Virus record (IMG/VR): IMGVR_UViG_3300032266_000692
Coordinates: 1-28,313 of that record
From: a virus
Taxonomy: Duplodnaviria; Caudoviricetes
DNA: 28,313 nt
Direction: 5' to 3' (one strand)
Shown: one piece after another, positions 1 to 6,249 of the stretch
How positions within the stretch are numbered: position 1 is the stretch's first letter
Layout: each line of letters begins with the position of its first letter
Notes under the pieces: generated by a model
Databases searched by the model: none
What the model was told of the DNA's origin: nothing
The model's input: the letters and a program-made list of their open reading frames with translations, nothing else
Position numbers and translations under genes: made by a program

Positions 1-123
1 ATATCGCCCATACGCAACGGAAACTGTGGTAGTGGTCACGAGATATAGCAAGAGGCGACAATCACGAACGACAGTGAACCATGACTCCGAATATGCGCGA
101 TATCTCTTGAGCCCGCATTGGCA
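1..123. repeat. Terminal direct repeat, copy 1 (circular/terminally redundant contig end)
   Basis: 1-123 (atatcgcccatacg...cccgcattggca) is identical to 28191-28313. Confidence 0.97.
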
Positions 124-307
124 AAAGTTCCGTTTAGCCGTGATGGTGTTCTCTCTCGGTCAATGTGCCCGATGCAAAGATGTGGCCGATCACGTTCATC
201 ATCTCCACTACCAAACGAAGGGAAGAGAACGGTTGTGTGATGTGGAGCCTCTTTGTGTCAAGTGTCACGATGACGAGCACAGGTTTCAGTTCAAGGTGAT
301 CCGATGA
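1..307 (+). CDS. HNH endonuclease, 3' part (gene starts at 28126 and crosses the join, about 123 aa)
   Basis: YARYLLSPHWQKFR...CARC...HVHHLHY...PLCVKCHDDEH gives a CxxC...HH...CxxCH HNH/zinc pattern. Confidence 0.85.
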   Translation, partial: YRPYATETVVVVTRYSKRRQSRTTVNHDSEYARYLLSPHWQKFRLAVMVFSLGQCARCKDVADHVHHLHYQTKGRERLCDVEPLCVKCHDDEHRFQFKVIR

Positions 308-894
308 AAGCCACCAACCTCCTCCCCTCGCCTATCGCCACCCCCAAGCCCGAGCCGGAGCCCGAACCCAAGCCCGTGAAGGCCGCGCCACGGGCCGCCA
401 TCCCCGAGAGGGCTCCGTGGGTGGCCCCAGAGTGGGCGAAGCCCCTACGGGCATCCAAGCCCGTACCCGTGGGGTTCGCCCCTGGTCCCGAATACTGGCC
501 GACACCGCCGGAGCGCACCCGAACCCGTGACGGCCGCATGGGCGTCGGCGCCACCGATGACCGCCGGCGCTGGAATCACTTCCTCGAGGCCTACCCGCAG
601 GTGCTCCACAGCATCGTGGCGGCGCGGCTCACCGCCATGGAGGTGGGATCCCTCGTGGAGCGCGTGATCGCCGGCGAGATCGCCACGCGCTCCACGCTTC
701 CCGAGGTGGCCGAGATCTGGCGGCACCTCGCCGGCGTGACTCCGAGCCGAGATCCGGCTCACGTGCGCCACCGGCGCGAGGTGCTCAATGTGCTGATCGG
801 CCGCGTGGCGCTGGGCGTCTCGCGCCCCTACCTCGCGGAGCTCTGTGGCATGGGCTACGGCACCGTGGGCAAGGCGAAGGAGGCGACTCGATGA
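304..894 (+). CDS. Putative DNA-binding protein: Pro-rich N-terminus, C-terminal HTH resembling DnaA domain IV
   Basis: ATGA-coupled at both ends; PKPEPEPEPKP linker; SRDPAHVRHRREVL...LGVSRPYLAELCGMGYGTVGKA resembles the DnaA C-terminal pattern SR...RPRQ...SLPEIG..FG.DHTTV. Confidence 0.55.
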   Translation: MKATNLLPSPIATPKPEPEPEPKPVKAAPRAAIPERAPWVAPEWAKPLRASKPVPVGFAPGPEYWPTPPERTRTRDGRMGVGATDDRRRWNHFLEAYPQVLHSIVAARLTAMEVGSLVERVIAGEIATRSTLPEVAEIWRHLAGVTPSRDPAHVRHRREVLNVLIGRVALGVSRPYLAELCGMGYGTVGKAKEATR

Positions 895-1331
895 CTACCG
901 AGGAGGACATTCTCAGACTCATGGCCCAGGTCCGCCATCTCGAGGAGGCCAACGCCCACGAGACCGGCCGCGCCAATCAGCTCGCCGCGGATCTCGCCAG
1001 CACACAGGCGAATCTCAAATCGCTGCGTGCGTCGATCATCGCGGCGTGCTCGGGGACGAAGTGCCTCAACGCTCACGAGCTGCGGCAGCGGCTTGATAAG
1101 GCCGAGGACAACTTGGCAAGGTGCGAACATGCCCTGAGCCGTGCGAACAAGTACGGCAAGGAGGTCGATAAGAGCGCGAACATCCTCGCGGCTGAGGTGA
1201 AGGCGTGGAGAGCGTGGTACGAAGAAGAGAAGGAAGTCAACGTGACCGAGCCGCTTTTGTATCAGGCCGTGATCAACGCATGGGCCGCCACCGACGCGGC
1301 GAAGGCGATGGAGGAGAAATGTGGATCGTAA
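891..1331 (+). CDS. Hypothetical coiled-coil protein
   Basis: AAGGAGG Shine-Dalgarno, ATGA overlap, heptad-like Ala/Leu/Glu-rich sequence. Confidence 0.75.
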   Translation: MTTEEDILRLMAQVRHLEEANAHETGRANQLAADLASTQANLKSLRASIIAACSGTKCLNAHELRQRLDKAEDNLARCEHALSRANKYGKEVDKSANILAAEVKAWRAWYEEEKEVNVTEPLLYQAVINAWAATDAAKAMEEKCGS

Positions 1332-2488
1332 AACCCTCAACGTGCTCTCCCTGTGTTCCGGCTACGGGGGACTCGACCTCGGACTTGACCTCGCAACAGG
1401 CGGAGCGGCTCGCGTGGTCTGTCACGTTGAGCGGGAAGCTTTTGCGGCCGCAATCCTGGCGGCTCGCATGGAAGAGAAAACCGTGGCTCATGCGCCTGTC
1501 TGGAGTGATCTCCGAACCTTCGACGGTCGACCTTGGCGTGGAATCGTGGATTGCATCTCTGGCGGCTACCCGTGTCAACCGTTCAGCCTCGCCGGTAAGC
1601 GTCTTGGCGAACGTGATGAACGCCATCTATGGCCGGACATCTCTCGAATCATTGGCGATATTGAACCCGGCTTCGTGTTCTTCGAGAACGTCGCCGGACA
1701 CCTCACTCTCGGCTTCGATGCTGTTCGCGCCGATCTTGAGCGCCTCGGCTTCCGAGTATCGGCTGGATTATTCTCGGCGGCGGAGGTTGGCGCAAGCCAT
1801 CGTAGAGAGCGCTTATTCATCCTCGGCGTGGCCGACTCCAAACTGTCCGGCTCCTCACGACAACGAGGACACGGCCACGAGGGATTGCGGGAAGAATCAG
1901 CACGATCTGGTTCGGGCGGCGACATTGTGGCCGACCACAAGGATGACGGATTGCAAAAACTCAAGGGCAAGCAACAACGGGACATTTTTCGACAGGACGC
2001 TTCTGGATGCAGTGATTCAATGGCCGACGCCGCGGACGATCACGGGAGGAGCGGAATCCACGACGCGGAAGAAGGAGCTCGGGAGAATGGAGAGCGGCGG
2101 CGGAGACTTGCAAGCGATGACGCAAGAATGGCCGACGCCGGCGAGGATGGAAACCGGAGGCGAGGATCTAAGATCGACGTGGACGCCTGGCAAAAAGCCG
2201 GTGCGCGAGGATGGGAAGAACCTACAAACTGCGCTGACCACGTGCGCGCAGATATGGGGTCGAGACCATTCCCCCCAGGACCAAGCCAGCTCGACGAATG
2301 GCGGAAAATCCTCGCCACCAGACCCGACCTCGCGCCCGCGGTTGAATCCAATGTTTGCGGAGTGGCTCATGGGCTTGCCTCACGGTTGGACCGACTTCGC
2401 GCCATTGGAAACGGAGTGGTTCCTCTACAGGCGGCTTATGCGTTCGTCTCTCTCTGGGCTTGTGTCTCGGATGAAGGAGCCACGATAA
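1319..2488 (+). CDS. Overlapping +1-frame polypeptide, putative beta subunit of the methyltransferase (WPTP repeats plus motif IX-like segment)
   Basis: ATG at 1319 after GGAGGAG; open for about 1.17 kb; four WPT(P/T) repeats; RLNPMFAEWLMGLPHGWTD at 2339-2395. True start may be internal. Confidence 0.7.
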   Translation: MWIVKPSTCSPCVPATGDSTSDLTSQQAERLAWSVTLSGKLLRPQSWRLAWKRKPWLMRLSGVISEPSTVDLGVESWIASLAATRVNRSASPVSVLANVMNAIYGRTSLESLAILNPASCSSRTSPDTSLSASMLFAPILSASASEYRLDYSRRRRLAQAIVESAYSSSAWPTPNCPAPHDNEDTATRDCGKNQHDLVRAATLWPTTRMTDCKNSRASNNGTFFDRTLLDAVIQWPTPRTITGGAESTTRKKELGRMESGGGDLQAMTQEWPTPARMETGGEDLRSTWTPGKKPVREDGKNLQTALTTCAQIWGRDHSPQDQASSTNGGKSSPPDPTSRPRLNPMFAEWLMGLPHGWTDFAPLETEWFLYRRLMRSSLSGLVSRMKEPR

Positions 2489-2493
2489 CGTGA
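1321..2493 (+). CDS. DNA (cytosine-5) methyltransferase, catalytic (alpha-like) polypeptide
   Basis: Motif I SLCSGYGG, IV GGYPCQPFS, VI FENV, VIII HRRERLF, X RAIGNGVV; no recognisable motif IX in this frame. Confidence 0.92.
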   Translation: MDRKTLNVLSLCSGYGGLDLGLDLATGGAARVVCHVEREAFAAAILAARMEEKTVAHAPVWSDLRTFDGRPWRGIVDCISGGYPCQPFSLAGKRLGERDERHLWPDISRIIGDIEPGFVFFENVAGHLTLGFDAVRADLERLGFRVSAGLFSAAEVGASHRRERLFILGVADSKLSGSSRQRGHGHEGLREESARSGSGGDIVADHKDDGLQKLKGKQQRDIFRQDASGCSDSMADAADDHGRSGIHDAEEGARENGERRRRLASDDARMADAGEDGNRRRGSKIDVDAWQKAGARGWEEPTNCADHVRADMGSRPFPPGPSQLDEWRKILATRPDLAPAVESNVCGVAHGLASRLDRLRAIGNGVVPLQAAYAFVSLWACVSDEGATIT

Positions 2494-2699
2494 GGCGCAT
2501 GATGATCACGCAGGACGATCTCGACAAGGCCCGGCGCATCGCCTCGAGCTTCCAAGCCGCGAGCAAGGCCGCCACCGTGAGCGCCTACGTGGCCGCCATG
2601 GCCGTGGCCGAGAGATCCGTGGCCGAGGCCATCGCCCTCGCCCGCGAGCACGGACGGCTACGGGCGCAGATCTACGACCCGCGAGAAGGAGCCGACTGA
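2490..2699 (+). CDS. Hypothetical Ala-rich helical protein
   Basis: AAGGAG upstream; GTGA and TGATG coupling; codon usage typical of this genome. Confidence 0.7.
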   Translation: MRRMMITQDDLDKARRIASSFQAASKAATVSAYVAAMAVAERSVAEAIALAREHGRLRAQIYDPREGAD

Positions 2700-3055
2700 T
2701 GGGACACGCCGAGAACGCCATCACGCGCAGCATCATGGCGGCCATCGCCCTGCAGGGCGACCGCGCCAGCTTCGTGCGTGTGCAGGCCGGCGCCATCAAG
2801 CTCGGGAACCGCGTGATCAAGATGGCCGCGGCGGGCACGGCTGATCTCGTGGGCAGCTATCGCGGCCGCGCCGTGGCTCTCGAGGTCAAGACGGCGAAGG
2901 GCGTGCAGCGCGAGACTCAAGCCGCATGGGAAGCCAGATGGGCAGAAGCCGGCGGCGTCTACGCCGTGGTGAGATCCGCGGTCGATGTGCTCGAGCTCTT
3001 CGCGCGGCTCGACCAGGAGGCCCACGGTGGAATACATCCGCCAGGGATCTCGTGA
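2699..3055 (+). CDS. VRR-NUC-family PD-(D/E)XK nuclease (possible Holliday junction resolvase)
   Basis: ENAI...GTADLVG...ALEVKTAKGVQRETQAAW...AGGVYAVVRS matches the phage VRR-NUC pattern. Confidence 0.8.
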   Translation: MGHAENAITRSIMAAIALQGDRASFVRVQAGAIKLGNRVIKMAAAGTADLVGSYRGRAVALEVKTAKGVQRETQAAWEARWAEAGGVYAVVRSAVDVLELFARLDQEAHGGIHPPGIS

Positions 3056-3359
3056 GGCGCCATACGTTCCGCGCTCCGACGCCGACGTGAACGTGGCGGA
3101 GGGAAAACGCCGACATGCCCAACGCCGCCGAGAAGATCGCCAGCTCGCCAACCGATGCCTCCGCCTTGAGATCGGCCGGCGCGTGGCCGTGGTGTGGAAG
3201 CTCGCCGAGAGCTCCCGAAAGGTCCGGCTCGAGGGCGTGCTGATTCGCATATACCCGTGGGTTGACCCTACGGTGATCGTCGCCGTGGTGAAGCTCCACG
3301 ACGGCCGCCGGCTCAAGATCGACGCCTCCCGCGTGATCTACGCCAAGGGCGCGAAATGA
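3027..3359 (+). CDS. Hypothetical basic protein
   Basis: GTG at 3027 preceded by CAGGAGG; in frame with ORF 2985..3359; ends in an ATGA overlap. Confidence 0.6.
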   Translation: MEYIRQGSREAPYVPRSDADVNVAEGKRRHAQRRREDRQLANRCLRLEIGRRVAVVWKLAESSRKVRLEGVLIRIYPWVDPTVIVAVVKLHDGRRLKIDASRVIYAKGAK

Positions 3360-3445
3360 TCCCCGCGTGGGTGTGGTTCGTGGTGAGCGAGCTCGTGGCC
3401 CTCGGCGCTGGCCTCCTGTGGTGGAGAGGCCGGCGTCGGGGGTAA
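3356..3445 (+). CDS. 29-aa single-pass membrane peptide
   Basis: MIPAWVWFVVSELVALGAGLLWWRGRRRG*; ATGA-coupled; below the ORF-track cutoff; fills the gap before 3458. Confidence 0.55.
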   Translation: MIPAWVWFVVSELVALGAGLLWWRGRRRG

Positions 3446-3457
3446 ACTGTTGGGCAC

Positions 3458-4231
3458 ATGAGCACCCATCGAAACCACCAACGGCTCTCTCTCCTCCTCG
3501 CCGCGGCGGGCGCCATCGTGCTCGCCGCCAACTTATCCGGGTGCAGGTGCCCCAAGGCGACAGGCAAGGCCCCCCAGCTCACCCAAGCCGCCGAGACCAC
3601 CAAGGCCGCGGCCGTTGAGATCAAGACATCCGCCGAGGCCATCACGCAGGCCAACGCCGTGGTGGCCGCCAAGGCGCCCGACCTCGAGCCCCAGACCACC
3701 GCCATCTCCGCGCAGGTGGCCACGCTTCAAGCCACGAGTGGCAAGCTCGAGACCACCGCCACCGAGATCACGGCCGCGGCCACCGACTCCTCAGCCATGG
3801 CCGGAGAGCTCGACGCCGCCCGCAAGAAGATCGCCGAGCTCGAGGCGAGCCAGAATGGACTCCTCTCCCGCATCTTGACCCTCGGCGCCGTGGCCGGTCT
3901 CGGGCTCGCCGTGGTCGCCGGCGTGTGGCTCAGGTCGGCGTCGGGCTTCCTGACCGGCATCGCCATCTTCGGCGCGTGCATCGTCGGTCAGTGGCTCCTG
4001 GCCTACCGCGCCATCATCGGCATCTCCACGCTCGCCATCGCCGGCGTGTGGGTGGTGTGGGCGCTTCGTCGCGAACGCCTCGCTACCACGCAGGTGGTGA
4101 GCCTCGTGGAGAAGTTCAAGCCCGTCCTCGACCCCGACCAGTTCAAGCAGGTGGCCGACACAATCCAGAGCAAGGCCACGAAGCGAATCGTGAACGCCGC
4201 CCAGCGCGTGCTCGGAGTGAAGAAGCCATGA
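3458..4231 (+). CDS. Lipoprotein with coiled coil and about 3 C-terminal TM helices (candidate unimolecular spanin/lysis protein)
   Basis: Signal peptide ending in lipobox LSGC; Ala/Thr-rich helical region; hydrophobic segments ILTLGAVAGLGLAVVAGVWL, GFLTGIAIFGACIVGQWLL, AIIGISTLAIAGVWVVWAL. Confidence 0.6.
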   Translation: MSTHRNHQRLSLLLAAAGAIVLAANLSGCRCPKATGKAPQLTQAAETTKAAAVEIKTSAEAITQANAVVAAKAPDLEPQTTAISAQVATLQATSGKLETTATEITAAATDSSAMAGELDAARKKIAELEASQNGLLSRILTLGAVAGLGLAVVAGVWLRSASGFLTGIAIFGACIVGQWLLAYRAIIGISTLAIAGVWVVWALRRERLATTQVVSLVEKFKPVLDPDQFKQVADTIQSKATKRIVNAAQRVLGVKKP

Positions 4232-4518
4232 CGACGAACGTGGACGTGAACAAGCCCGCCGGCATCAAGGCCACCCCCGCCCAGTGGATCGGCGGAAGCA
4301 TCACCGCGGCCGGTCTCGTGATCGGCGGCTGGACGATGCTCAACGATGCCCGCAACATGGCCCAGAGCGCCCTCAGTCTCGCCGAGAAGGCCGTGGCGCA
4401 GACCACCGCCACGCAGGCCCAGCTCGAGGGGGCGCTGGTCCAGCTCTCCGCCAAGCTCGGACGGATTGAGGGCCTCCTCGAGGGGATGCGAGACGAGCGT
4501 GCCAAGGGCATAAAGTGA
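4228..4518 (+). CDS. Small membrane protein, N-terminal TM plus coiled coil (holin-like or i-spanin-like)
   Basis: ATG at 4228 (ATGA overlap); WIGGSITAAGLVIGGWTML followed by heptads ending LGRIEGLLEGM. Confidence 0.55.
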   Translation: MTTNVDVNKPAGIKATPAQWIGGSITAAGLVIGGWTMLNDARNMAQSALSLAEKAVAQTTATQAQLEGALVQLSAKLGRIEGLLEGMRDERAKGIK

Positions 4519-4522
4519 GAAC

Positions 4523-4885
4523 ATGAGCACAGCGCAAGGGGGCAAGGGGGGCGATGTGGACGAGCTCGTCGCCAAGGTGATCGACGGCACCCATACCAGG
4601 GCCAACGTCCGCGCCGTCATCGCCCAGCTCGAGGAGCACGGAGCGCGTGGCGTGCCGATTCCAGAGGATCTTGCCAAGGCCCTTCCCGACATCGCCGCGC
4701 GACTCATGGCTTCCAACTCCGAGCGAATCGTGGCCGCCGGCGCCAAGCTGGTCCTCGCGGCGTTGAAGCACAACCTCGAGCTCAACGTCCACGCCGACAA
4801 GATCGCCCGCCTCGACGCCGGTCAAGCGACGGAGCGGCGTGAGATCCAGCTCTACGGGCGCGAGGCCCCCATTGAGGCCGTGTGA
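4523..4885 (+). CDS. Probable terminase small subunit
   Basis: 120-aa helical protein directly upstream of and coupled (TGATG) to the large terminase; call is mainly positional. Confidence 0.45.
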   Translation: MSTAQGGKGGDVDELVAKVIDGTHTRANVRAVIAQLEEHGARGVPIPEDLAKALPDIAARLMASNSERIVAAGAKLVLAALKHNLELNVHADKIARLDAGQATERREIQLYGREAPIEAV

Positions 4886-6249
4886 TGGCCTACACCCCAT
4901 ACGGCGGCGTGCTTGCGCTGTGGCATAGCAGGGCCTCGGAGGTGCTTCTTCCCGGCCCCGCCGGCACGGGCAAGACGCGCGGCGTGCTCGAGAAGGTCCA
5001 CCTCTACCTCCTCAAGTACCCCAACACCCGTGCGCTGATATGCCGCAAGACGCGGGCCTCGATGACCGAGAGCGTGCTGGTCACCTTCGAATCCAAGGTG
5101 GTACGCGCCGGTTGCAATCTCGACAACCAGAGCCGGCGAACGCGCAGCGGCTACGACTACGACAACGGGAGCGTGCTCGTGGTCGGCGGGCTCGACAACC
5201 CAGACCGGATCATGAGCACGGAATACGACTTGATCGCCGTATTCGAAGCAACCGAAACGAGCGAGGACGATTGGGAGAAGTTGACCACCCGCCTTCGAAA
5301 CTCGCGCGGCCCCTACCACCAGATTATCGCCGATTGCAACCCGGCCGCCCCCACCCATTGGCTCAAGCGCCGGGCCGACCGTGGAGCCATGGAGGTCCAC
5401 GAGTGCCGGCACCGTGACAACCCCACCCTCTGGGACATGACCGCGCAAGAATGGACCACCGCGGGCCGCCGATACCTCGCCACCCTCGAGAGCCTCACCG
5501 GACACCGCCGAGCTCGCCTCCTCGATGGGCGATGGGCGGCCGCCGAGGGCTTGGTCTACCCCGAGTTCGACGCCACCATTCACGTGGTTCAGGAGATGCC
5601 CGCCGGCTGGGAATCATGGCCCAAGCTCCGCGCCATCGACTTCGGCTATGTTCACCCCTTCGTGTGCCAGTGGTGGGCGCTCGACAGCGATGGGCGAATG
5701 TACCTTTACCGCGAGATTTACCAGAGCCGGCGCACCGTGGCCGACCACGCCGAGGTGATCAATCGCCTCTCCATGGGCGAGGAGTACCTCGCCACGATCA
5801 CCGATCACGACGCCGAGGACCGGGCCACGCTCCTAGCCGCCGGCATCTCGAGCACGGCGGCGCAGAAGGACCACCGCACCGGGCGCGACGCCATGCACAA
5901 TCGCCTCGCCATCCAAGGCGACGGGCGGCCGCGCATGTTCTTCCTCGCCGGCGCCACGTTCGAGATGGACCAGGAGCTCTACGCCGCGAAGAAGCCCACG
6001 AGCACGGTGCAGGAGTTCGACGCCTACGTCTACCCCAAGGGGCAAGACGGGAAGGCCGACAAGGAGGAGCCCGTGAAGAGCAGCGACGACGGCCTCGACG
6101 CCGCGCGATACGCCGCCATGCACCTCGACGGAGCAAGCGCGGCGCGTGGCGCCTTCGTGGTGCGCGTGGCGGATGAGGCCGCCGGTATACTTCCCACGAA
6201 GCCAACGGCACCAACGCCGGCGGAGGCCGAGCCACGTTACTGGGCATGA
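4885..6249 (+). CDS. terL: Terminase large subunit (PBSX-like)
   Basis: Walker A GPAGTGKT; ICRKT; DCNP..PTHWL; nuclease motifs AIDFGYVHPF and DDGLDAARYA. Confidence 0.93.
   Translation: MAYTPYGGVLALWHSRASEVLLPGPAGTGKTRGVLEKVHLYLLKYPNTRALICRKTRASMTESVLVTFESKVVRAGCNLDNQSRRTRSGYDYDNGSVLVVGGLDNPDRIMSTEYDLIAVFEATETSEDDWEKLTTRLRNSRGPYHQIIADCNPAAPTHWLKRRADRGAMEVHECRHRDNPTLWDMTAQEWTTAGRRYLATLESLTGHRRARLLDGRWAAAEGLVYPEFDATIHVVQEMPAGWESWPKLRAIDFGYVHPFVCQWWALDSDGRMYLYREIYQSRRTVADHAEVINRLSMGEEYLATITDHDAEDRATLLAAGISSTAAQKDHRTGRDAMHNRLAIQGDGRPRMFFLAGATFEMDQELYAAKKPTSTVQEFDAYVYPKGQDGKADKEEPVKSSDDGLDAARYAAMHLDGASAARGAFVVRVADEAAGILPTKPTAPTPAEAEPRYWA

Noticed and set aside
1-123. Biological fixed direct terminal repeat (T7-like ends)
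   Set aside because: It lies mid-gene and is more simply an assembly overlap of a circular or permuted genome; cannot be settled without reads.
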